A DNA stretch of 64,000 nucleotides, from assembly GCF_036321535.1 (NCBI RefSeq), contig NC_087437.1, positions 3,968,001 through 4,032,000 on the forward strand, in the 5' to 3' direction. Source of the DNA: Camelus dromedarius. Its lineage: Eukaryota. This document shows positions 14,575 through 27,295 of this stretch, one piece after another (position 1 is the stretch's first letter; each line of letters starts with the position of its first letter). Under the pieces are notes generated by a model, which searched no databases, was not told the DNA's origin, and was given only the letters and a program-made list of their open reading frames with translations. Position numbers and translations under genes: made by a program.

Positions 14575-15330
14575 AGATACTAACTCAGTGTGTCATCTGT
14601 GACAGCTGCTGTCTTAGGGACCAGTGATACAGCAGCGAGAAAGGGGCAGAAACACGTGCTCTGGGCTCTCCTTCCAGTGGGAGTGATAGACAATAACAGT
14701 GTATACATCAGGAAAGCACGTGATGTGCTAGGTGATAAATGTGTTATTGAGAAAAATACAGCGAAAAAGAGGGATAATGAAGGCAGTTGGTGGGTAGGGT
14801 AGAACTGAAGTAAATTGGCCAAAGACGCCTCAGAGAAGATGTCATTTAAGAAAAGACCTGACCCATTAGAGGAAACACCACGTGGAGATCTTGGGGAGGA
14901 GCCTCTGGGCCAGGCTCTAGGCGGGAGGGTGTCTGGTGCTTTGGGGGAGGAGCGGGGAGGTCTGTGTGAGCAGGAAGGAGGCAGGAGGGGCCCTGTGGAC
15001 TCTCGTAGGGGACTTGCACTTCTGCCCCAGTGAGATGGGAGCCTTTGGAGGGCTCGGGCAGATGAGAGACGTTGTCCAAGGTAGGTGTCAGCAGAGTGGC
15101 TCCAGCTCCCATGTTGGGGACCGACTGAAGGGCTGTGGGCAGGGGCAGCTGGGAGGCTTTGTAGGAGTCAGGAAGAGGTGGAAGTGGTGGGAGCAATCAG
15201 GCACTAGGTGTGTTTCGATGGCAGAGCCAACAAGATTGGCTGAGTGGGTCGGATGGTATGAGTGGGAGCGAAGTGGGAAAGTGGTGGAAGGGCTGGCTGT
15301 GCGAGCAAAGGACAAACCGCCCTGGACCTG
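14575..15330. mobile_element. L2 LINE remnant
   Basis: Purine-rich degenerate L2-like motifs (gtgatacagcagcga, aaagacctga, agagccaacaagattggctga). Confidence 0.5.
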
Positions 15331-17204
15331 CTGCAGCAGCTGAGGGAGAGATGAGTTACCACTTGAAATCTCAGACTCCTTAAATATGCATGATGTGATT
15401 ATGGTAAGTGATTACAAGGAGTGTCGTAGATTGCTTCCGCTTTATAGTTCTATCCCTGCTTGTCATGCGATCTGTTTGTCTGTACCACCCCCCATCCCCG
15501 TCAGGTTCACTGTATTCATATCTGTTCTGTGCCTAGTTTGGTCTGGGTCTGAAAGGAAGTCTACTAGAAATCGAAATTGAATATTATGTACATAAAAAGT
15601 TGTGGGGAATCTTTGGTGCTTTTCGTGATACGGTTCATTGATCATGGTTAACCACAAATTGGTCAGACAATGAAATACCTTTGATAAACTAAAATAATTC
15701 AGAAGTTTATTCCTTACCAATCTGATACAATTTTGTGCTGTTTATTTTTTAGAAAGAGCTCTGTATTTTTACAACATACTTAATTATTTTTCATGCTCGT
15801 TCTCTCTTGGCGTTGCATTGATCAGAATATAAATCAAAAACCAATTAAAGAATCCCAGCTCCATGTAGCAATATTTTGTCAATATTTTATTATGAAATTT
15901 TCAAATCTCAAGAAAAGTTGAATTTTCCAGTGAACTTGCATATATACATGTGTATATATATACTCACTCCACATATTCTAAATAATTAATACTTTTACAT
16001 ATTTGCTTTGTCATATAATTATCCATCCCTCTATCAATTCATCTTTTAAAAATGTATTTTAATATAAGTTGCAGACATCAGGATACTTCCCCTAGAAACC
16101 GGAGCGTGCATATCATTAATATTTATTTATAGTTCTCCTTTTCTTTTTTGGCATAAAATTCATATGCTGTGAAGTACACAGATCTTAACCATTCCAAGAA
16201 CTTTTCAGCAAATGCACACACCCATGCAATTTCAACCACTCTCAAGATGCAGAACGTAACCGGAATGTTCCCTTGTGCTCCTTGGCATAAAATGCCTGCC
16301 TCCTCCCTGCCTACCACCATTATTTTGATTTTTCCCCCAGTGTTATTAGCATTTTGATTAATATTTTAAACACCTCTTCTGATGATTATTTTCCAAATGA
16401 TTCTTTGTTATTGTCATGGTTAGTTGCTTTCATTATCACTTTTATTCAGTGGGTACATTCAAATGACTCTAGTAAGCCACTCAAGTAAAAATCTGGAATC
16501 ATCGGTTAACTTTGCAAAAACCTCTCTTGTTAATTCCCAAATGATTTTTATCACAGAGACATGCCTTCTGTATTTCAGAGCCATGTTTTAGGCAGTGGTA
16601 TCCCAGTGTCACATTTCAGAAAACGTGACAGTTTAGCTGACCGCATATATCGTCCTGGGGAAGTTTGTGTGGTGATTGGGAGACTGGGTTTCCTCTGGAC
16701 GCAGCCGTGCCCCAGCTTTGCTCTGGTCTGTGGGTGGCAGTAGGGCTTGGCATCGTCCCAGGTCCAGGGTGGCAGGGAAGGGCTGGGAGGTGCTGCCCTC
16801 ATCACGTGCCTTCATGAGCTGCTGAGACCCCAGTGGGAAATGGCTGGTGGCTGAGGAAGAGCAGCAAAGTGGCGTTTTCTTAGAAAGTGTTAGGAGAACA
16901 TTCTGACCACTGAGGCTTTCCCCCAGGTGTCATGTCGGATGACCACCCGGTTTCCAGTTCTGACTTTCTCATCAAATTACGATTGGTGATTTAGGCTGCT
17001 TGGATCTTAGCTCTGCCCTTTTTCTTTTTTCTTGAGTTAAACTTTTAGTTTGTCCCTGGGGGACTAATTCTTGAAAAATTGCTGTTTTTCTCAACTTATA
17101 CATGGGTTTTTTCAGCTTACCCCTCTATAGTATTCTAAATTATATTTTCCATATATGCTTTTTGTGCTACCCCATTTTTTTTAGCATTGTTTATCTTTTT
17201 ACTT

Positions 17205-17388
17205 TTATTTTTTATTGTCTTTTTTATTGGTGTATAATCAGTTTCCAATGTTGTGTCAGTTTCTGGTGGACAACATAATGTTTCAGTCACATGTATACAT
17301 ACATATATTCATTTTCATGTACTTTCTCATTATAGGTTACTACAAGATATTGAATATAGTTCCCTGTGCTGTACAGTAGAAACTTGTT
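17205..17388 (-). mobile_element. Short L1 3'-terminal fragment
   Basis: tacaagatattgaatatagttccctgtgctgtacagtag is shared with the other L1 3' ends here; T-rich tail. Confidence 0.75.
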
Positions 17389-20300
17389 ACATTTTTGACT
17401 CATTTAGCTTCTCAGTTTTAGGGAAGATTGATATATATGGTACTTGCTGAATTTGATGGTAAAACATCTTAGTGGAATTTTGTCCTAATGTAGAGTTGAA
17501 ACAGTATAGGAGTGTGCAAGAAAGTTATCAGTGTTAGGATTACATATTTTAAAGTCGCAGATAGTGTTGGAAGTTGAAATTTTTGAGTGGTATGGCTCCC
17601 CTGAAGTAAAGGGTTTTGAAGGCCTGAATTTTACAAAGTTGAACTTTGGGAACAAGAGGAGAGTGATCAGAGAAGAAGGAAGAAACTATGAAGGTTATGC
17701 AGACTGCAGTGAAAGAGAGTTTATAGGCAGCTCTTGGATGCAGCAAAGAAGCCAAGTAGCCTGAGAGCCCAGCAGTGCCCTGTGGGGAGTGCACGTGACA
17801 CATCGTCATCCCAGGGGCTTTTGGATGTACGGCTTGTAGAGGAAGAACTGAGAATAAACTCAGAGATTTAGGCTGTCTTCAGAATGGCTTTCTTTATAAT
17901 TGTAAAAAACTGGAAGCGAACTAAAAGTTCAGCAGTAGTGGTGAAATTGGATAAATAAGTGATTATGGTGGAAATAAAATTTTTTGATACGGAATATATT
18001 TGATACAGTGTCTGAAAACAAAGGTTTAAGAGGAAAACCAACAGTCTGGTAGCCACTGGAAGGGTCATAATGGCTTTGGAACTCCCTCAGAGCCCCATTT
18101 CCAGAGAACTGTCCCTATCTGACCAGCTTGCTCAAAAAGCCCCATGATCAGGGCCGGTCCTTGTTTGAGCTGACTGATACCTTGTTCTTTGAGGAAAACT
18201 CCAGCCGCAGGGCATTTGTTGAAAGCGTTGCTGGTGTGTGTTTACCGTTGCAGCTGCCTGAGGTGGCACTCCGAGTTGTGCTAATAAGAGGCTGACACAA
18301 AACTTTAAAGCAAGAAAAAGATTCCCATGGGGCCTTTGAAAAGTTTGGACGACTTCTTGGGCCTCTGTCAGGCCACATGCACTCGCAGGCTTGTGTATGA
18401 GCCCAGGAAGGAGCGGAGGAGACCCCCAGTACTGGGGCTGACCTTGAGCCTGTGCGAGTGGGAGCTGAAGGGCGAGGCAGTTTGTGAACTGCTGTGTTAA
18501 CAGTGGCCTCGGCACAGACAGAGCCTCAGCGGAGCCTGGGACGCTCACCGGCTCTGGAGATGTGAGATGTCTGTCCGGTCATTAGCCGGCCACTAATCTA
18601 AATGAGCAAAGACTTCAGGGGCCATACATGAGGGGAAAATACAGACGTTGCAGCAACAACATTGATATCTTATTTCTGAAGGTGATGCATCGTAATCAGA
18701 ATGCCCCGCTTTGAACAAAGTTAGAGATCAGGCGGAGAAGTAAGAAAGTGTATGTCCTATATGGGAAAAACTGTACCTTCCTAATTCCAGACATTGGACT
18801 TACTAGACAGTGACTTTTAATTAGTGATTAAAAACATTTTCAAAGAATTAGAAGAAACCCTGTCTAAAGAATTAAAAGGAAAGGATGAAAAAAATGCTCC
18901 AACAAATAGATAGTATCAGTAAGGGGATAGAAACTGCAAATAGCATTCTGGAGATGAAAAGTATCATAGCTGAAATGGAAAATTCACTCACAGCTGAACA
19001 CATTTCACCTGGCAAGGGAAAAGAAACAAGGACTTGAAAAGAGATCACTTGGCATCCAGTTAGAGATATGAAAACTAAGAGAATAAAGGAAAAAGGACAG
19101 AGCCTCAGGGATGTGTGGAACACCAGCGAACGTACTGACATTCGTACGGCAGGAGTCCCGGAAGGCGAGGAGAGAAAAGGGAGCAGAAAGGATATTTGAA
19201 GAAGCAGTGGCTTGAAACCCTACGCATCCAGGTTTGATGAAAAACATTAATCCGCACATCTGAGAAGCTCAGTGAACTCCAAGTAGGAGAAAAATCAGAG
19301 AGCCATTCTAGACACATGGTAAGAAAATCGTTGAAAGAAAAAGAAAATATTGAAAGCGGCAAGAAAACAGTGACTTGTCACGTCCAAGGGGTCTTCAGTA
19401 AGATTAAATTTGAAAGCACTGAACCATATCAACATACATGTTTTTTAACCACAGTGGACTGAAACGAGGTCTCAGTAACAGAAAGGAATTTGGGAAATTC
19501 ACAGATATGTGGAGATGAAGCAACACATGGCTAAGTAGCCAGTGGTCAGAGGGAAGTTAGAGGATGCTGAGGTGAATGAAATGAAAGCATAGCATACCAG
19601 AACTTGCGGCTGCAGCTAAAGGGGTGTTCAGTGAGAAATTTATAGCTGTAGACATCTGCATTTAAAGAGAAGAAAGGTCATAAATCAGTAAGTTAGCCTT
19701 GACCTCTTAGAATCTAGAAAAAGAAGAGCAAAGTAAACCCAAAGCAAGTAGAAGGAAGGAACTAATAAAGACTAAAGAGGAAATAAATGACATAGGGAGT
19801 AGAAAATGAAGGAGAAAAACCAGCAGAAGCAAGTCAGTTCCTTGGGAAGATCAGGATTGGCAGACTTTTTCATGGTAACCAATAAAAAAAGGGAGAGGAC
19901 TCAGATTACTAAAATCAGGCATGGAGGAGGGAATGCTTCTACTGAATGCATTACTGTGGAGTACAAAGGAATACCGTGAACAGTTGTGTGCCAGCAGATG
20001 AGACAGCCTCGATGAAACGGACAGGTTCCCAGAGATACAGGCTGTCAAAAATGAATCAGAAAGAAAATGGAGTAGAGCAATAACAAAAGATGAAATTAGT
20101 AATTAAAGAAAAAAATCTTCCCAGAAAGAGAAGCCCAGACTGAGATGGCTTCATAGTGAGTTCTACCAAATACTTAATTCATTCACACCCATCCTTCAAA
20201 AACTTGTCCAAAAAGTAGATGAGGCAACATTTCCTAACTCATTCTAAAAGTCCAGTGTTCCCCTGATACCACAACCAGACAAATGCACCAGAACAAAACA

Positions 20301-21012
20301 ACAAACCAAGACCCATAGTTAATAAAGGCATTAAAATCCTCAACGCTAATAAACCGACTTCAACATATTAAAAGGATTATATACCATGACTGAGTACAGT
20401 TTATCCCAAGAATGCACACCTTTCTGAACATGCAAATCAATGAATATATCTTATTAATAGAATAAAAGATAAAGACCACATGATGATTTCAACAGTTTCT
20501 CAGAAAGCATTTGATAAAATCTCACACCCTTTTATGAGTAAAAACACCTCAACAAACTAGGGATGGATGAGGACTGATGAGGGTATCTGTGGAAAACCTT
20601 TGAATGTCATACTTAATGGTGAAGGACTGAAAGCTTCCCCCTAAGGTGAGCCCAGAAAAAATGTCCACCCTCACGGCTTTCATTCAGCATGGTACTGGAG
20701 GTACAGTTGTACTGTACTGGCAGGGCAGTTAGATAAGGAAAATAAATACAAGGTGTGCAAATTGGAAAGGAAGAAGTAAAACTGTCTCTGTTAGCAGACA
20801 GTATGATCCTGTGTATAGATTCTCTTAAACAATAAGAAGAAAAACCTATTAGAATGAACAAATGAGTTCAGCAAAGTTGCAGAATACAAGATCATGTTGT
20901 ATTTGTACACAATGCAGTGAATTTCTGTGTGCTAACAACAATGCAAAGGTGAAATTGAGAGAACGGTTCCATTTACTGTAGCATCAAAAATAAAATATTT
21001 AGGGATAAATTT

Positions 21013-21765
21013 ATTTGTACTATGTTTTTAGTATTTTATTGAAGTACAGTTAGTTACAGTGTGTCAATTTCTGATGTACAACAGAATGTCCCAGTCATGC
21101 ATATACATACATATATTCATTTTCATATTTTTCATTAAAGGTTATTACAGGATATTGAATATAGTTCCCTGTGTTATACAGAAGAAACTTGATTTTTTTA
21201 AAATCTGTTTTTCTATATAGTAGCTACCATTTGCAAATCTCAGGCTCCTAGATTTATTCCTTCCCACCCCCTTTCCCCAGTAACCATAAGATTGTTTACT
21301 ATGTCTGCAAGTCTGTTTCTGTTTTGTAGATGAGTTCATAGTAATTTTTTTTTTTTTTAGATTCCACATAGGAGTGATATCTTATGGTATTTTTCTTTCT
21401 CTTTCTGGCTTACTTCACTGAGAATGATGATTTCTGGGTCCATCCGTGTTGCTGTAAAAGGCATTATTTTATTCTTTTTTATGGCTGAGTAGTATTCCAT
21501 TGTATAAATATACCACAGCTTCTTTATCCAGTCATCTGTCGATAGACATCTAGGTGGTTTCCATGTCTTGGCTATCGTAAATAGTGCTGCTATGAACATT
21601 GGGGTGCAGAGTTCCTTCTGGATATATGCCCAGGAGTGGGATTATTGGGTCATATGGTAAGTCTGTTCCTAGTCTTTTGAGGAATCTCTGTACTGTTTTC
21701 CATAATGGTTGAACCAAGCTACATTCCCACCAGCTGTGTAGGAGGATTCCCTTTTCTCCACACGC
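21013..21765 (-). mobile_element. Young L1 3' fragment nested in the old L1
   Basis: 13-bp TSD TAGG(G/A)ATAAATTT at 21000-21012 and 21766-21778. ORF 21357..21599 gives the ORF2 C-terminal peptide MFIAALFTIAKTWK...WYIYTMEYYSAIKK. Confidence 0.88.
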
Positions 21766-22130
21766 TAGGAATAAATTTCACAAAAAAGTTATGAGACTTG
21801 AATACTGAGAGCTCCAAAACGTCATTGAAGGAAATTATAGAAGACCTAAATAAATGGAAAGACATCCCGTGTTGTCAGTGGAACACTTAACATGGTTAAG
21901 GCAGTAAACATCCCCAAATTGATCTAGTGAAACCCCTGTGGAATTTCCAGCTGCCCTTTTCTGCATAAATTGACCTACTGATCCTAAAATTTACAAAGAA
22001 ATGCAAAAGACTTAAATAGCCCAAACTGTCTTTTAAAAAATAATTTTTCATTAATATTTATTAATTACTCATGTGTACCAATGTTATCAATCAACAACTA
22101 ATGTACCTTCCATAATTAACAAATAATATA

Positions 22131-22355
22131 CAGTTCACCCTTGAGTAACATGGGTTTGAACTATGCAGATTCACCTATACATGGATTTTTTCAGTAAATA
22201 TGTACTACAGTACTACACAATCCGTGGTTGGTTGAATCTGAGGATTTGGATCTGAGGATAGGGAGGGCTAACTATAAAGTTATATGTGTATCTTCCACTG
22301 CCCGTGGGGGAGCAGTGTCAGCACCCCTACCCCCAAGTTGTTCAAGGGTCATCTG
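22131..22355. mobile_element. MER8-like non-autonomous Tigger (TcMar) DNA transposon
   Basis: TIRs cagttcacccttgagtaac and gttgttcaagggtcatctg, with TA on both sides; 225 bp. Confidence 0.8.
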
Positions 22356-22418
22356 TACTGTGCTTCTGTTGACATTCAGTTCTAACTTGTGGGGTTTTTT
22401 TGCACCTTCTTAAAAGAA

Positions 22419-23539
22419 ATTGAAGTACAATCATTTACATTGTATCAATTTCTGGTGTGCAGCACAGTGCCCCAGTCATACATATACATATTTCATTTTC
22501 ATATTTTTTTCATTAAATGTTACTACAAGGTATTGAACATAGTTCCCTGGGCTCTACAGCAGAAACTTACTTCTTTTAAATCTATTTTTATATATAGTGG
22601 CTAACATTTGTAAATCTCAAACTCCCATATTTATCCCTTCCCATCCCCTTTCCTGATAACCATAAGATGTTTACTGTGTCTGCGAGTCTGTTTCTCTTTT
22701 GTAGATGAGTTCATAGTGTCTTTGTTTTTCTTTTTTAAAGATTCCACATATGAGTGATAGCATGTTACTTTTCTTTCTCTTTGTGGCCTATTACTTCACT
22801 TAATATGACAAACTCCACATCTATCCATGTTACTGCAAATGGCATTATTTTATTCTTTTTTGTGGTTGAGTAGTAGTCCATTATATAAATATACCACAAC
22901 TTCTTTATCCAGTCATTTGTTGGTGGACGTTTAGGTTGCTTCCATGTCTTGGCTGTTGTAAATAGTGCTGCTGAGAACATTGGGATGCATGTATCTTTTC
23001 GAATTAGAGTTACCTCTGGATATATACCCAGAAATGGGATTGCTGTATCTTTGGTTAAGTCTATTTTCACTTTTTTGAGGAATCTCCATGCTGTTTTCCA
23101 TAGTGGCTGCACCAAACTGCATTCCCACCAACAGTGTAGGAGGGCTCCCTTTTCTCCACACCCTCTCCAGCATTTATTGTTCATCGTCTTTTGAATGATG
23201 GCTATTGTGAGTGGTGTGAGTTATACCTCATTATAGTTTTGATGTGGATTTCTCTGATAATTAGCGATATTGGGCATTTTTTCACGTGCCTATTGGCCAT
23301 TTGTATTTCTTCATTGTAGAATTACTTGTTTAGGTCTTCTGCCCACTTTCAGATTGGGTGGTTTTTTTTTTTTTTTTTTTTTGTTAAGTTGTATGAACTG
23401 TTTATATATTCTAGAAATTAAGCCTTTGTCAGTTGCATCATTTGCAAATATTTTCTCCCATTCTGTACGTTGTTGTTTTGCTTTGTTTATGGTTTCTTTT
23501 GCTCTACAAAAGCTTATAAGTTTAATTAGGTCCCATTTG
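22419..23539 (-). mobile_element. Young 5'-truncated L1 nested in the old L1
   Basis: ORFs 23311..23565 and 22765..23184 give ORF2 C-terminal peptides ([36 protein letters not shown]). Confidence 0.9.
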
Positions 23540-24125
23540 CAAAAGTCTTGAAAGAAAAGAACCAAGTTGGAAAACTCACCCTTCCAGATTTGCTACAAAG
23601 CTGCAGAAATCAAGACACTGTGTTCCTGACGTAAGGATCAGTGGGCTAGAATCGACATGCAGGGATACATTTATGGTCACTGTTTCTGACACGGGTTCCT
23701 GGGCAATGAGTGGGGGAAGGATGGCCTGAACCAGACGGTGCTGGGTCACTGAGCGTCAACCTGTGAAAGAATGAGTTCCCAGAGAATTCTTCACAGTGGA
23801 TCATGGACCCAAAATGTCAGAGCCAAACTGTAAAACTTTTAGAAGAAAACAGAAGCATGTCATTCTCCATGACCTTGGATTAGGCAAGAGTTTCTGAAAT
23901 ACAACATCAAAACCACAAGTGACAAGAAAAAAATAAATGAGACTTCATCAAAATTATAAAAATTTGTGTTTCAAAGGACACTATCAAGGAAGTACAAGGA
24001 CAACCCAGAGAATGAAACAAATATTTTTAAATCGTATGTTTAAGTACCCCAACTGTATAAAGAACTCAACTCAACAATAAAAAAACAAAAAAAAAAACCA
24101 AGTTGAGAAGTGGAGGATTCAAATG

Positions 24126-24312
24126 CAGTTGGCCCTTCCTGGCTGCGGGTTCCACGTGCGCAGAGTCAGACACCCTCAGATAGGGTATCTTCATGGGCGT
24201 GGAGCCCTGGGGCCAGAGGGCCGACTCAGGGACTTGGGCATCCACTGAGTTTGGAATCCATGGAGAGGGTGGGTCGTGGAACTAGTCCCCCCAGGATACC
24301 ATGGGGTGACTG
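24126..24312. mobile_element. MER2-like Tigger deletion derivative
   Basis: Termini cagttggccct and ggggtgactg; internal gggacttgggcatcc and ggaactagtcccc...ggatacc. Confidence 0.6.
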
Positions 24313-24657
24313 TGGATGTCTCTCCAAAGAGGACCAGTAAGTATACAAAAAAGTTATTCCACATCCTTAGTCGTTAGGGAAATGCAAATCAAGGCCACGG
24401 TGAGAAGATGCCACTGCACGCCCACTAGAATGGCTGTGATCAAAGACAGGAACAAGTGCTGGGAGGATGTGGAGGAATCGACATCTTTATTGCTGGCAGG
24501 AATGTAAAATGGTGCAGCAGTTTCTCAGGTACTAAACAGAGAGCTGCCTTGTGACCGTGCAGAAAACATTTGTTCACATGAAAATTTACACGCTAGTGTT
24601 CATAGCAGCATTATTCGTAATAGCCAAAAAGTGGAAACCACAGTGTCTGACAGCTCT

Positions 24658-25030
24658 TTGAAGTAAGCCAGAGAAAGAAAAATACCGTATGATATCATTT
24701 ATATATGGAATCTAAAAAGAAGATCCAAATGAACTTATTTACAAAACAGAAATAGACTCACAGACATAGAGAACAAAGTTATGGTTACCAGGGGGGAAGA
24801 GGGTGGGGAGGGATAAATTGGGAGTTCGAGATTTGCAGATACTAACTACTATATATAAAATAGATAAACAACAAGGACCTACTGTATAGCACAGGGAACT
24901 ATATTCACTATCTCGTAGCAACCTATAATGAAAAAATATAAAGAGGAATATGTGTATGTATGTATGACTTATGCATTGTGCCGTACACCAGAAATTGATA
25001 CAACATTGTAAACTGACCATACTTAAAAAT
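24658..25030 (+). mobile_element. L1 3' end fragment nested in the old L1 3' region
   Basis: gaagtaagccagagaaaga...tatagcacagggaactatattc...aaactgaccatacttaaaaa. Confidence 0.8.
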
Positions 25031-26931
25031 AGAAAGGAATGAAACACTGATGAATGCTACAGCATGGATAAACCTTGGAAACACACTAAGGGGAAGGAAT
25101 GTGATCCAAAGCCTAGCTGGTATTGTGTGATTCTGTTCATATGATGCGTCCAGTATCAGATCCAGAGACGGAAGTAGATCAGTGGTTCCCGTGAGCTGGT
25201 GGGGTAAGGTGTTGGGGCTTTGGGGAGTGAATGCAGGTGGGTACAGGGTTTCTTTTTGGGGTGATGTTCTGGAGTTAGATAATGGTGATGGTTACAAAGC
25301 TTAGAAATCCCTTTATTTGCTCACAAAGGGTGAATTTTATGGTATGTAAATTATGTCTACTATCAAAGAAGGGAGAGCAGTCACAAGCAGGTGTGAGCGA
25401 TGGAGCACGTTGACATCCCTGTATCTCCCACTGCCTTGTCCTTGGCTCACTAGCCTGCCATGCGGGCTGTGTGTGTGACACACGTCCACACAAAGACTCA
25501 CACAAGTACTCACAGCAACATTATTCATAACCACTGAAGGGCGGAGACAACACAGAGGTTCATCAACTCATGAATGGATAAACTGTGGTGTACCCAGTTG
25601 ATGGGATAGTAATACACAACTGTCACAGGGTTTGTGTGAGCCTTGAAAATACCACGCTCAATGAAAGAAGCCAGATACAAAAGGGCCTTAATGTGTGACT
25701 GCATTTATTTGAAATACGAATTCATAGGAAGTATAAGCAGATTTGTTGTTTCCAGGGATTGGGGGAGGGGAAGACTGGGAGTGGATGCTCACGGGTCTGA
25801 GATGGGTTTCTTGGGAAGGATGAAATGTTACGGAATTAGATACTGATGATTTCGCAGAATTCTGTTGCTGAACTAAAAATCACTAAATTGCACACTTTAA
25901 AATGTTCTACTTTATGGTATGTGAATTGTATTTCAGCAAAGCCATTGTTAAGAAAAAGTGTACTAGAGAGGCCTGATTAAGAAAAATACATAAAATGTGA
26001 TCCCATATTTATTTAAGAAGCAAATATGAATATATTGTCATATGTATAGAAATCTCTTTGGAAGGATATGTAACAGAATATTACAAGTGTTCCTCTCGGG
26101 GTAATTGAATTATAAGCATTTTGACTTTTCTGTGTTATTGTCTGTATTTTAATGTTTTTTGTATATTTAAAATATATTAACTTAAGTTATAAAAGATAGA
26201 GGTGAATAAATTTGGTGATTAGGACCTTGTGACCTTTCAGGGTCATGATCCCGTAGAAGGGTGAGCATGCATCCCTCGTGGAGGGTAATGAAGGGGGACC
26301 TGTGATGGCGGGAGGCCCTCTCTGAAGCTCACGTCTTCAAGAAGTTTGCAGTGAATTTAGAGAAGGACAGACAGCTTAGGGGGTTGGCACGTGTGTTGGG
26401 GGTACAGAATATGATGATAATATTGTGCATTAATGAATGTCTCTGGTCTCTGTGTTTGAGCCTCACTACATCCCAGTTAGATGGTTCGGGCCGTCCTTGC
26501 TTTGTAAATGAGTCAGCTGAGACCCAGTGGGGTACGTGGCTCCACCTAGATCGTCTGAGGGCAGGCAGTAGTGGAACCAGTTGCATCTGGGGACTGCAGA
26601 GTAAATAACTGAAGGGGCAGGAGTGGGGGAAGGGAGCGCAGGAGGAGGAAGAGCTGGACCAGGACCACAGTACGGTCGGACGAGGAGCAGCCTGCCTCTG
26701 GTCGGACGGAAGTGTGTGAAGAGGGCCATTTAAAAATAGCAGAAGGAAAGGTGATTTTGTACCAGCGCTTTTGAGGGGGAGTAGTTTTTGTGATGCGATC
26801 AAAATGTGAAACGGACCTCAGAGTCGGTAGTACTGTTTGTTCGCTAATCGTCGTGTGGGTATTTGTTTAATATCCACAGTAATAACACTCCTGTGGCTTT
26901 GGGAAATGCAGCCTTCTTTTTCTCTCGGCAG

Positions 26932-27096
26932 GTCTGTTCTCACATACGGCCGCATTGGGGGACGTGTCAAGACGCTCACCTTCTGCCAGGGGTCCCACTA
27001 CTTGGCCATCGCGTCTGATAACGGGGCTGTCCAGCTGCTTGCGGTCGAGGCGTCTAAGCTGCCCAAGTCCCCTAAAATTCATCCTCTGCAAAGCAG
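26932..27096 (+). CDS. PIK3R4: PIK3R4 coding exon (WD40)
   Basis: ggcag|...AG|gtatct, 165 nt. Encodes (R)[36 protein letters not shown]...KIHPLQS. Confidence 0.96.
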
Positions 27097-27148
27097 GTAT
27101 CTGTCTGTCTTTGTGTTTTTTCACCATTGTCTGTTTTCAAAAATAATG

Positions 27149-27295
27149 TTTTATTTATTTATTTATTTATAAAAATTTTTGGAGGGGAGAGGTCATTAGG
27201 TTTATTTATTTGTTTTTTAATGGAGGCACTGGGGATTGAACCCAGGACTTTGTGCTTGCTAATAAGCACATGCTCCACCACTGAGCTACACCGTT
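27149..27295 (-). mobile_element. tRNA-derived SINE (Vic-1-like)
   Basis: ggaggcactggggattgaacccagg...ccactgagctacac with a (TTTA)n tail. Confidence 0.8.

Larger units (their letters stand above)
18060..25375 (+). mobile_element. Ancient, degenerate, near-full-length L1 (5' region, ORF1 and ORF2 remnants, 3' UTR) interrupted by younger insertions
   Basis: ORF1-like sequence at about 18800-19400 and ORF2-like sequence at about 19430-24100 (e.g. agaaagcatttgataaaat, attggaaaggaagaagtaaaactgtctc). 3' UTR extends to about 25375. No long intact ORF. Confidence 0.8.
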
